Shown here piece after piece: positions 55,535-64,000 of a DNA stretch of 64,000 nucleotides (the first letter of the stretch is position 1; every line of letters begins with the position of its first letter). A program made the translations under genes and the position numbers. The notes beneath the pieces are model-generated. The model was not told the origin of the DNA and ran no database searches. It saw nothing but the letters and a program-made list of their open reading frames with translations. Source of the stretch: an uncultured Pseudobdellovibrionaceae bacterium (GTDB lineage Bacteria; Bdellovibrionota; FAC87; UBA2466); contig CAZFMF010000001.1 of the NCBI GenBank assembly GCA_964519985.1, forward strand, positions 42,633 through 106,632. The letters are read 5' to 3'.

Positions 55535-56698
55535 CTTGGACTTTGAGAGGTCCTTGAGCTCTTTCATCACCTGCGCGACGTCCTCAGGAATCGAAGTGCC
55601 CCCGCTGCCGGTGTAGCCGAAGTACACATTGGCTTCGTAGCGTTGGTAGCACTGCTCGGCGACCCTCGAGTGAGGTGTGCGCCGAATGCAGGTTTCGTAG
55701 TACATTTCCGGCAGCGGTGAAATCAGGTGATCGTCGAGTAAATCGTACGCATTGCCCAACAACAAGAGCGTTTCACTCAAGCGCTTGCCCTCGGGATAGC
55801 GGCCCAGCAACTCGTGCGCGACGAGCGAGAGGCGAAGGTACAGGATATCGGCGGAGTGATCCATCGGGTACTTTTGAACGGATTCGGCTTCCTTGCCTAG
55901 GCGCTTGGCTTCGGTGAAGAGAGCTTCTTCCGAGTCGAAGGTCTTCTTTCCTTCTTTTTTCCAGTCGGTGATCGATTTCTTCCAGGTTGCGACAAATTCT
56001 TTGAAGAGGGTAGGAACTTGCGGCAGTCCTTCCACGCGTTGGACGACTTTGAGCGCGCGATCCGGGTTTTGCTGCACACGCACTGTAATGGTGAATGCAT
56101 TGCGAACGGCTCGGCCCCATTCTATTTGGCGTTTCTGCGCTAGTTGCCGATCCGAAATTACGTCCTCAAACTCTTGAAGCGCGCGATCAAATTGGCGCGT
56201 GGCTGCAAAAAGCTGGGCCCTTTCCATACGGTTGAGTTTGGCGGTTTGGGCGTTCAACGGTATGGCGGGGAACTGGGGGCCTTGATCCGTGCGGGTATGG
56301 CACGAAATACAGTAGCTGGTGACCAAACGCAGCGAGCCTTTGCCGTATTCCACGTTCCCGGTTTGTAGGGCGTGGGCCGCGTTCTTAGCCTCACGTTCAA
56401 AAAGGGCGGAAAGGATCGAAAGGCTTGGGTCAGCATCGGCGGGTAGCGGATTCTTACCCGCACTGACTTTGATTTGGTGGGCCAATTGGGTAATCGTGGC
56501 CGAACCTTCCCGCAGTTTCTTAAGCGTCTTCTTGTCGGGGGGACGGGTACTCACCAATTCTGGCATGATCTCCGACAGGGTTGCCGAGAGTTTTTGCATC
56601 TTCTCCGACCATTGCTGTGGCTTGTCGGGCGGTGCCCCCCAAACGAGGCTTCCGGTGAGCAATCCAAGTACGGCGATACGGAGTCGAGCGTTGTTCAT
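55529..56698 (-). CDS. Exported c-type cytochrome with a helical/TPR-like C-terminal region
   Basis: Signal peptide; single CISCH heme motif. Confidence 0.78.
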   Translation of the reverse strand: MNNARLRIAVLGLLTGSLVWGAPPDKPQQWSEKMQKLSATLSEIMPELVSTRPPDKKTLKKLREGSATITQLAHQIKVSAGKNPLPADADPSLSILSALFEREAKNAAHALQTGNVEYGKGSLRLVTSYCISCHTRTDQGPQFPAIPLNAQTAKLNRMERAQLFAATRQFDRALQEFEDVISDRQLAQKRQIEWGRAVRNAFTITVRVQQNPDRALKVVQRVEGLPQVPTLFKEFVATWKKSITDWKKEGKKTFDSEEALFTEAKRLGKEAESVQKYPMDHSADILYLRLSLVAHELLGRYPEGKRLSETLLLLGNAYDLLDDHLISPLPEMYYETCIRRTPHSRVAEQCYQRYEANVYFGYTGSGGTSIPEDVAQVMKELKDLSKSKS

Positions 56699-56726
56699 CA
56701 GATTATGGTAGCTTCATGCCCCAAAT

Positions 56727-57842
56727 ATGCCAACCGGCCTCAAAAAACATGCCCCTGCCGCCGAGCGCAATGGCGAGGCGATTGCCGCCGTTCTCGATAA
56801 AGTCCTTCCGAAATCCGGGCGCGTCCTGGAAGTGGCGAGCGGCACCGGGCAGCACGCCTGCTTTTTTGCGCGGACTTGGCCGCAATTGGAGTGGCTTCCG
56901 AGCGACGCGGATCCCGAGGCGCTCCTGAGTATTGAGGCTTGGCGCGAAGAAACATCGTCGGCCAATCTGCTGCCTTCCATCCGACTCGATGTTTTCTCTG
57001 CCCAATGGCCGGTTTCGAAAATCGACGCGATCGTTGCGATCAATCTCCTACAAGTCGCGCCGCTACCCACCGCGGATGCGCTTTTTGCCGGTGCCGCCAA
57101 CTGCTTGGCGCCGGGGGGACTTCTTTTCCTTTACGGTCCCTTTATCGTTCCGGGCGTTCCCACTGCGACGAGCAATTTGGAATTTGATGCCTCGTTACGG
57201 GCGCGCAATCCTTCATGGGGCGTGCGGTCCTTTGATCGCGTGCGCCGGGCGGCCGAACAGTCGGGCTTCTTCTTTCAGGATCGCGTCGATATGCCGGCGA
57301 ATAACTTTTCGCTCGTCTTCCGCAAGAAAGCCTCGAATGTCTTGATTCGAATCGCCGAGGAGCGAGATGACGCCGTTTTGGGCACTTTGTTGGTGGACGC
57401 TTTCCGCGAAACGTACGCTGAGAAAATGCCCGAGGTGGTCGTGACCGATCGGCGTATCGAGGAGTTGAATAGCTTTAGCGGCAAGCGCAATAAAGGCACG
57501 ACTTGGGTGGCCGAAGTCGGTGGGCGGATCGTGGGAACGGTTTTCGCGGCCCGGCCGGGTAGTAGGGATTCGCTGGCCTGGCTAAATGATTGCGCGGAGC
57601 TGAAGCACTTGGCGGTGAGCCCCGAGTTTCGCCGTTCCGGACTTTCGGAGCAGCTGATGGAGGCGGCGCTCAGCGCGATCCGCGGCTGGGGATGCTGGGG
57701 GGTTTGCCTCCATGTGCGGCGCGGGGCCTACGGAATTGCGCGCTTTTACGAAAAGCAGAATTTCGTGCGTGATAAGCGCGGAGATTTCGATCGCCTTCCC
57801 GAAGTTTTTCTGGAGGCCTACCTGAAGCGGCTGAGGGACTAG
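56727..57842 (+). CDS. DUF938 methyltransferase fused to a GNAT acetyltransferase
   Basis: APAAERN, LEVASGTGQH, YGPF, MPANN; then LAVSPEFRRSGL, ARFYEK. Confidence 0.85.
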   Translation: MPTGLKKHAPAAERNGEAIAAVLDKVLPKSGRVLEVASGTGQHACFFARTWPQLEWLPSDADPEALLSIEAWREETSSANLLPSIRLDVFSAQWPVSKIDAIVAINLLQVAPLPTADALFAGAANCLAPGGLLFLYGPFIVPGVPTATSNLEFDASLRARNPSWGVRSFDRVRRAAEQSGFFFQDRVDMPANNFSLVFRKKASNVLIRIAEERDDAVLGTLLVDAFRETYAEKMPEVVVTDRRIEELNSFSGKRNKGTTWVAEVGGRIVGTVFAARPGSRDSLAWLNDCAELKHLAVSPEFRRSGLSEQLMEAALSAIRGWGCWGVCLHVRRGAYGIARFYEKQNFVRDKRGDFDRLPEVFLEAYLKRLRD

Positions 57843-57845
57843 GCC

Positions 57846-58700
57846 GTGCCCCGCCTGCAGCTGATCTTTGCCTCCTGCCTCTGGAGTTTGAGTGGGGGGT
57901 TGGCAAAACTCATCGCCTTACCCGGGCCGAGCATGGCCGCTTATCGCGCACTTTTCGCGGGCCTATTCCTAAGTTGCTTCGTCCGACGCGAAAACTTGCG
58001 TTGGCGTCCGGCCCTGGTCGGGATGGTGATTTGCTTTACCTCGCTAAATCTGTGTTTCGTTTGGGCGCTGACGTTGACGTCATCCGCGAATGCCATTTTC
58101 CTGCAGTGCACGGCCCCAGTTTGGACTTTGTTCATTTGTGTTTTCTGGCTCGGGGAACCGCTCGATCGACGTAGTCTGGTTTCGATCGGGATTGGCCTGG
58201 GCGGAATGGCGCTCATCGCCGGGGGTGGTTGGAACGAAGCGCCGCTGGGAATTGTCTTGGCTTTGGCTTCGGGTGTCTTTTACGCCTTGGCGACGGTTTT
58301 TTTGCGCCACTTGCGAGATGAAAACCCACTCTGGTTGACGGCGCTAAATCTTTTGTTCGGCGGTTTGCTGATTCTCCCCCTGACTTTTCTCCCCGGCCAA
58401 GTCTCTCCCTTCGAATTGTCGGGTCACACGGCTTTGGCGATGGTGGCGTTCGGCGTGGTGCAGATGGGAATTCCCTACGTGCTGTACTCCTCGGCTTTGC
58501 GCCAAATCAGCCCGCAAGAGGCGGGAGTCATTACTTTGCTCGAGCCGATCTTGAATCCCTTCGTGGCCTATCTTTTCGTCGGCGAACTCCCGGCGGTCAC
58601 CACGTTTATCGGGGGAGGGATTGTGCTGGTCGCCGTCGCCCTGCGGTATTTCCCCCTGAAAAAGAAATCGCGGTCGACGGATCCGGTCGCCCTCGGGTAA
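57846..58700 (+). CDS. EamA/DMT family transporter
   Basis: ~10 TM segments; ANAIFLQCTAP, LLEPILNP. Confidence 0.9.
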   Translation: MPRLQLIFASCLWSLSGGLAKLIALPGPSMAAYRALFAGLFLSCFVRRENLRWRPALVGMVICFTSLNLCFVWALTLTSSANAIFLQCTAPVWTLFICVFWLGEPLDRRSLVSIGIGLGGMALIAGGGWNEAPLGIVLALASGVFYALATVFLRHLRDENPLWLTALNLLFGGLLILPLTFLPGQVSPFELSGHTALAMVAFGVVQMGIPYVLYSSALRQISPQEAGVITLLEPILNPFVAYLFVGELPAVTTFIGGGIVLVAVALRYFPLKKKSRSTDPVALG

Positions 58701-58712
58701 TTTCTATCCGCC

Positions 58713-59321
58713 ATGGGAAAAGCCGAGTCCACGCCGCGCCGAATCGTTTTGACCGGAGGACCTTGTGCCGGCAAAACCACGATCGCCGACGTGCTTTCCC
58801 GTGCCTTTGCCGATAAGGTCATTGTGATTCCCGAGACGGCCTCGTTGCTGATCAGCGGCGGTTTTCCCCGTTGGGACGATCCCGTCGGCGTCATGGCCTT
58901 TCAGACCAGCATCTACCAAGTGCAGCAACAGGTGGAGAAAGTCTACGCCGTCCGCCATCCCGGTGCGCACCTGGTGATGGATCGCGGGACCGTCGACGGT
59001 GCCGCCTACTGGCCAAAAGGGCCCGAAGATTTTTTTCGTACGCTGGGCACCACGGAAGCCGCGGAAATGGCGCGCTACCACAAAGTGATCTACTTAGAAT
59101 GTGCGGCGGCCGAAGATTATGAAACGTACCGGTCTAAGAACCCGTCGCGCAATGAAGGATGGTCGCAAGCCACGCAACTGGATCTGGCGACGCACCGAAT
59201 TTGGGAGCGGCACCCCAATCTGCACGTCGTGAAAGCGCAGACGTCTTTCGTTGATAAGGTTTACGAAGTGATGAAATTGCTGCGACCCGAATTTGGGGAG
59301 CCGTCGAAAAACATCGCGTAG
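58713..59321 (+). CDS. P-loop ATPase/kinase (AAA_28, NadR/Ttd14-like)
   Basis: IVLTGGPCAGKTT, PETA, MDRGTVDG..Y. Confidence 0.85.
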   Translation: MGKAESTPRRIVLTGGPCAGKTTIADVLSRAFADKVIVIPETASLLISGGFPRWDDPVGVMAFQTSIYQVQQQVEKVYAVRHPGAHLVMDRGTVDGAAYWPKGPEDFFRTLGTTEAAEMARYHKVIYLECAAAEDYETYRSKNPSRNEGWSQATQLDLATHRIWERHPNLHVVKAQTSFVDKVYEVMKLLRPEFGEPSKNIA

Positions 59322-60101
59322 CTATTTTCCATCCCACTCGTCTTGGCCCTGCAATTCGATGCCTTGAATCCAATCCAGTGGTAACTGACCGTCGGGAATG
59401 GAAATCGTTGCGTCCTCGTAGGCATGCGGAGGGACTCCCGGATCGCCTCCGCCGATGGCCGTCACCGGCACTTTCGCGGGGTCGAAGGCCAAGATGATTC
59501 CGCGACGGCTTTTCGCCTTCGCGTGCGCCGATTTGAGCTGGGCCATCGTAAAGCCCAATTTTTTCAGTGCGTGCAGCGCCTCCACTTCTTCTTCCTCATA
59601 GGGAGCTTTCTTAGTCGCGGAAAGGCCCTTTCGCGACATCAGGCGTCGTGCGTGTAACTCAAGGTCTAAATCTCCCAATTCAAGTCCCAGGGCGCCTAGA
59701 AACGCATGGCTCCGGGCGATGCTGTCCGCATAGGTGCGAGCATCTTCGTAGGCGCTTTCCCAATTGTCGCCGTCGCTGACGCGGAAGGGGGCAGGAACAT
59801 TCGCATTGATCGGAGCAATGAAGAGCCGGTCTTTGAAACGTCCGGTGCGGATCCCTGTCGGCCAACGGCCGTGCCGCAGATAGTGGTTGAGGGCTTCAAC
59901 GCTCGTCCCGTGCAAGCCGAGGGCTTGGCGGGGGCGGACGCCAGAAGCACAGAGCTCTCGCAACTTCACTCGCCGGGACTGGATCTCGGGTGTAGCTCCC
60001 AGCCGGGCCAGATCTTCAGGGTTGCAATTTCCGTCCGTCGAAGCGGAGCAGGGGATAACGACAGTTAGGGCCCCAAGCAGGCAAGCGAAACCGAGCTTCA
60101 C
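59322..60101 (-). CDS. Secreted hypothetical protein with ADP-ribosyltransferase-like motifs
   Basis: Signal peptide; LHGTS, ARTYA, GIILAF, YED..LP..WI; GTGA overlap with the upstream lipoprotein gene. Confidence 0.65.
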   Translation of the reverse strand: MKLGFACLLGALTVVIPCSASTDGNCNPEDLARLGATPEIQSRRVKLRELCASGVRPRQALGLHGTSVEALNHYLRHGRWPTGIRTGRFKDRLFIAPINANVPAPFRVSDGDNWESAYEDARTYADSIARSHAFLGALGLELGDLDLELHARRLMSRKGLSATKKAPYEEEEVEALHALKKLGFTMAQLKSAHAKAKSRRGIILAFDPAKVPVTAIGGGDPGVPPHAYEDATISIPDGQLPLDWIQGIELQGQDEWDGK

Positions 60102-60784
60102 TCGTTTTCCTTAATGGCCTTTCGCTTCATCAACTCTTCGGGATCTTTCGTCGCGGTCCGCTTCATCTTCCAAACGCGATAGCCCTTGGGGCCATCCACC
60201 CATTCCCCCTGAGCTTTGGTGTCGTCGGGATTGAGGCCGTGGGCGACCAGGTTGCTGTGATACTTGTCTTCGCAAGCCTCGAGCTTGTCTTTCATTTCGT
60301 CGTATTTGCTGTCGAGAACGCGCTTGTGGGCCTGATAGCGTGCGATGCGTTCGTCCAACGCCTCTTCGGAAACACCGATAAGGCTATTGGTCTTTTTATC
60401 GACCTTGTAGAAAAAAGACTCGTCTTGCTGGGTGACATTGGCCCAGGGTTCCTGAGCTTCCGGTTTGCCCATGCCGCCGAGGCGGGGATCGGCGACGCGC
60501 TTTCGGCACTCTCTCAGGCCCACCCAAATTCCCCCGGGATCTTTTTTCGAGGCACCGTAAATCGTGCGCTGGAGATCATCCACTTCCGACTTCAAGCCCC
60601 AGAGCTGCTCTTCCAAATAAATCTTCTTCTGGATGACGACCTTGTCATCCCGCAGTCCGACCTGTTCTTTATTGTTGTCGGTCTGGGTGTTTAGCGTGTG
60701 GTCCATCTCTTTGGGCCCACCCGATGAGCTGCAGCCAGTTAGAATGACAAAACCCACCGTGAGCGAGAGAGTCCATAGCTTCAT
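60098..60784 (-). CDS. Hypothetical coiled-coil lipoprotein
   Basis: Lipobox ILTGC; VIQKK..EE.L..L..EV, GVSEE.L.ERI; resembles a Bdellovibrio lipoprotein family as recalled. Confidence 0.8.
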   Translation of the reverse strand: MKLWTLSLTVGFVILTGCSSSGGPKEMDHTLNTQTDNNKEQVGLRDDKVVIQKKIYLEEQLWGLKSEVDDLQRTIYGASKKDPGGIWVGLRECRKRVADPRLGGMGKPEAQEPWANVTQQDESFFYKVDKKTNSLIGVSEEALDERIARYQAHKRVLDSKYDEMKDKLEACEDKYHSNLVAHGLNPDDTKAQGEWVDGPKGYRVWKMKRTATKDPEELMKRKAIKENE

Positions 60785-60834
60785 GAAGCGTGCTCCTTGT
60801 TTCGAAAAAGACGCTCTATCCTACATGACGTGAC

Positions 60835-60849
60835 GGATTTGACAAATCC
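60835..60849. promoter_or_regulatory. Inverted repeat GGATTTG-A-CAAATCC centred on a TTGACA hexamer
   Basis: Perfect 7-1-7 palindrome in the divergent intergenic region. Confidence 0.4.
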
Positions 60850-60889
60850 CCCCTCTAAAGGGCCTATCTAACGGCATAGGGGGACCGAG

Positions 60890-62338
60890 ATGGAAAAGCG
60901 CTACCAGACCAAACTTCTGATCAATAACGAATGGGTTGAGGCCCGCAGTGGGAAGACCTTTCCGGTCTGGAACCCTTCGACGGAAGAGGTGATTACGCAG
61001 GTCGCCGAAGCCGACCAAGCCGACGTAGACGTCGCGGTCGTGGCCGCTCGGCGGGCCTTCGAGACCGGACCCTGGTCCCGTTTCAATGCCCGGGAACGCG
61101 GGCGGGTGTTGATGCGCTTTGCTCAGTTGCTCGATACCCACAAGGAAGAACTGGCCGAACTCGAAACCCTCAATAACGGCAAACCGATTTCGGAAACGCG
61201 CGGCGCTGACCTTCCCCTGGCGATTGACTGTATCCAATATTACGCCGGCCTCGCCGACAAAATTCACGGCGAAACGATTCCCGTAAACGGCAACTTCTTC
61301 AACTACACTTTGCGCGAGCCGATGGGCGTCGTGGCGCAGATCATCCCTTGGAATTTTCCGATTTTGATGGCGGCCTGGAAGCTGGGACCGGCCTTGGCGA
61401 CGGGTTGCACGGTGGTTTTGAAACCGGCCGAGCAAACGCCTTTAACGGCTTTGCGCTTGGGCGAGTTGCTTTTGGAAGCCGGATTGCCGCCGGGCGTGGT
61501 GAATATCGTTCCGGGGTACGGCCCCACCGCCGGAGCGGCGTTAGCCACGCATATGGATGTCGACAAAGTCGCGTTCACCGGTTCGACCGAAGTCGGAAAA
61601 CTCATCATGAAGATGGCGGCCGAGAGCAATTTGAAGCGTGTGTCTTTGGAGCTAGGCGGGAAGGCCCCCAATATTGTTTTCGCCGATGCGGATATCGATG
61701 CGGCGGTGGCGGGAGCGATGCGCGGGATCTTTTTTAATCAGGGCGAAGTTTGTTGCGCCGGTTCCCGACTTTTCCTCGAAGAGAAGGTGCACGACGTTTT
61801 CCTGGACAAGCTGAAAGCGCATGCGGAGAAACTCGTCGTCGGCGACCCGATGGATCCCAAAACCCAGATGGGCGCGCAGGTTTCGAAAGAGCAGTTCGAC
61901 AAGATCTTGGGCTTCATCGATTCCGGGAAGAAAGAGGGCGCGACGCTCGTGACCGGCGGCGCGCCGGCCGCCACGAAGGGCTACTTCCTGAAGCCGACGG
62001 TGTTTGACTCCAAGACCGACGATCTCACGATCATTCGGGAAGAGATCTTTGGACCGGTAGTCGCGGCGACGACTTTCAAGTCGATTGAAGAAATCGTCCC
62101 GCGCGCCAATAACACCAAGTACGGTTTGTCGGCGGGCGTGTGGACGCGCGATGTGAAAAAGGTGCACCAGCTCTCGAAGTCGATCAAGGCCGGGACGGTT
62201 TGGGTAAACTGTTACAACTGTTTCGACGCGGCTTCACCGTTCGGCGGTTTCAAGCAGAGTGGCTTCGGACGTGAGCTCGGGACGTACGCAATTGAGCTCT
62301 ATAGCCAGATCAAATCGGTTTGGGTTTCGCTCGACTAG
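60890..62338 (+). CDS. Aldehyde dehydrogenase (ALDH1/2-like, DhaS-like)
   Basis: [44 protein letters not shown]. Confidence 0.95.
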   Translation: MEKRYQTKLLINNEWVEARSGKTFPVWNPSTEEVITQVAEADQADVDVAVVAARRAFETGPWSRFNARERGRVLMRFAQLLDTHKEELAELETLNNGKPISETRGADLPLAIDCIQYYAGLADKIHGETIPVNGNFFNYTLREPMGVVAQIIPWNFPILMAAWKLGPALATGCTVVLKPAEQTPLTALRLGELLLEAGLPPGVVNIVPGYGPTAGAALATHMDVDKVAFTGSTEVGKLIMKMAAESNLKRVSLELGGKAPNIVFADADIDAAVAGAMRGIFFNQGEVCCAGSRLFLEEKVHDVFLDKLKAHAEKLVVGDPMDPKTQMGAQVSKEQFDKILGFIDSGKKEGATLVTGGAPAATKGYFLKPTVFDSKTDDLTIIREEIFGPVVAATTFKSIEEIVPRANNTKYGLSAGVWTRDVKKVHQLSKSIKAGTVWVNCYNCFDAASPFGGFKQSGFGRELGTYAIELYSQIKSVWVSLD

Positions 62339-63105
62339 GTCGATTCAAATACCTTCTTTAGAGTTGCCTTGACGTCAGCGAGTTTGGTCCCGGGAGTTTT
62401 CTCCATGACTTGCTTGAACTGTGTCTCGGACAGTTTTTCAAGTCTCTCCAGGGCGGTTGCCAAGTCTTGTGCGGGCATACCCGATAGCCTGATTGACTCT
62501 TCCCCCGTGAGTGTGGCGGCGAGGCGCCAAATATCTTTAAGGTGCTTTTGAATATCTTTCTCATCAACGGATTTGTCTCCCGATTGGCGGCGGTTAAAGA
62601 GCTCGCGGTGAGCGCGGGCTTTTAAACAGATATTGACGAGGGCATTGATGAGCGGAATTCCTGACTGGGACATCGTTATGTTTTTTCCAATTAGCTCAAA
62701 GTATTCATCGTCGAGAAGAATCGCCGAAAGCTTTTCGGCAGAAGAATCGTTGATGGGAATAATGTGTTGATCTTTCTCAAGTTCAAGTCCGAGTTCGTTG
62801 CGAGAAAAAATTTCTATCATCTTTGGGCATTCGGTCGCGGTAGGGTTTGTAAATCGATAGTATCTAGGAAGTTTATCCGTCGATTCTTTTGAATGGTAAC
62901 CCCCGCTCTTGACGTAGGCGAGAATGCGGGCATTTAACTCTTGCGATCGTACTAGCACAACCAGATCCACATCTTTGGTTGCCCGGAATTCCAGTCCCTC
63001 ATCGTCCATTAAAAGGGATGCCGCGCCACCACCAATGACGACGTAGTGAGATTCAAATCCCTTAAGAGAGTTGCAGAAGTGATCGAAGCCATGTGGACGT
63101 GGCAT
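62335..63105 (-). CDS. AbiEii-like nucleotidyltransferase (putative type IV TA toxin)
   Basis: [33 protein letters not shown]. Confidence 0.75.
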   Translation of the reverse strand: MPRPHGFDHFCNSLKGFESHYVVIGGGAASLLMDDEGLEFRATKDVDLVVLVRSQELNARILAYVKSGGYHSKESTDKLPRYYRFTNPTATECPKMIEIFSRNELGLELEKDQHIIPINDSSAEKLSAILLDDEYFELIGKNITMSQSGIPLINALVNICLKARAHRELFNRRQSGDKSVDEKDIQKHLKDIWRLAATLTGEESIRLSGMPAQDLATALERLEKLSETQFKQVMEKTPGTKLADVKATLKKVFEST

Positions 63106-64000
63106 TAGATTTCTCCTCTTTCTAGCCCGTAGGACCTAATCATTTCATCGAGAGCCATTTGCACACGTTCATCGGGATGGCCTCTCATCGCAAAAAAGAC
63201 TTCAATGGGATTCATCACGCCATTGATAGCAAAAAGGTGGGGCGGTTCTTTCCAGATTTGGATGGTATGGGGCGTGTGGGAGTCACCAAATGGGAGTTCG
63301 GTTTTTTTGCCTTCGTAGTTCGCTCGAAATTCCTTCACGCTCATTGCGATGGTGGCACGTGCCGTAGCCGCCAGATTTGAATACTGGGCCAGAGCCGTTT
63401 CGCCGGCGAGACAAAAAAGTTTTCGGTTTTTCGGAATGTGGTTTGTCTGTGCTTCGCGAAAGAATGGAGCGAGCGGGAGGTTGAGAAGATGTTCCCAGAA
63501 CTTTTCGACCTTAGCCGCCGTGAAAGATCGAGTGGGTCCGGCTCCCACGGCTAGTAAGAGTCCATATTCGGTGAGTTCCTTGAGAGTCGTGCTCGTCTTG
63601 GTTGTAGAAGTCTCTCCTCTTTCTTGATGGATTTTCTTGAGCAAGGACTTGAGTGTGAATTCGGACGGAATTTGCTTAGTGAGAAGTCCGGCGACAAGCT
63701 TCAAGGCAAAGGGGGTCAACATTGCATTCTTGTTTTCAACCCTAATGGTTCGGTGTTCCTGAAAACGCCGGATGTGATCGAATTTCAGTCCTAGTTCCGG
63801 TGCGTAGACCGATTCGTCTTTGTAAATGAAAGCGATGTTGAATTTCACGAGCAGTGGGCGGTGCTTGGGTGGAAGTTTATCCGCGATGACGAGGACGGGC
63901 GCCTTGAGTCTCTCCGCGAGTTGTCGCTGGATTCGCATCAATTGTTCGAAGGCAAGTTCCGGATCTGGCTGCATTAGGTAGAGAAACGGATCGGGGCGCG
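63105..64000 (-). CDS. AbiEi-like antitoxin/wHTH protein; 5' end probably outside the window
   Basis: Frame is open to the window edge; HTH-like segment, LAGETALAQYSNL, DERVQMAL; TAATG coupling to the NTase gene. Confidence 0.65.
   Translation of the reverse strand, partial: RPDPFLYLMQPDPELAFEQLMRIQRQLAERLKAPVLVIADKLPPKHRPLLVKFNIAFIYKDESVYAPELGLKFDHIRRFQEHRTIRVENKNAMLTPFALKLVAGLLTKQIPSEFTLKSLLKKIHQERGETSTTKTSTTLKELTEYGLLLAVGAGPTRSFTAAKVEKFWEHLLNLPLAPFFREAQTNHIPKNRKLFCLAGETALAQYSNLAATARATIAMSVKEFRANYEGKKTELPFGDSHTPHTIQIWKEPPHLFAINGVMNPIEVFFAMRGHPDERVQMALDEMIRSYGLERGEI

Overview
GC-rich, gene-dense bacterial chromosome segment with about 59 CDS. I see no rRNA, tRNA, CRISPR array or transposase/integrase. 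Gene content suggests a Bdellovibrionota-like or related deltaproteobacterial lineage (inference from the Agl-Glt gliding-motor genes, RxPAS-type motifs and many orphan secreted proteins). All family calls come from motifs I recognised by eye and from recalled sequences; no searches were run. Housekeeping genes include pyrF-pyrE, fcl, bcp, guaD-ade-NCS2 purine salvage, sucA-sucB, fadD, xth, a dCMP deaminase and two aldehyde dehydrogenases. Most notable: (1) an Agl-Glt motor cluster in which GltC, GltD and a GltE-like TPR tail appear fused into one 1494-aa protein, led by a translationally coupled GYF-PilZ protein; (2) dispersed signal-peptide-bearing orphans with ADP-ribosyltransferase-like or kinase-like motifs (candidate effectors); (3) an uncharacterised membrane-protein plus vWA module that shares a sigma28-like promoter with the motor genes and ends in a ~100-nt hairpin; (4) two families of REP/REPIN-like palindromes, one of which supplies stop codons and a ribosome-binding site; (5) three spermidine-synthase-like membrane genes at two loci; (6) an AT-richer AbiE-like toxin-antitoxin pair at the right edge.
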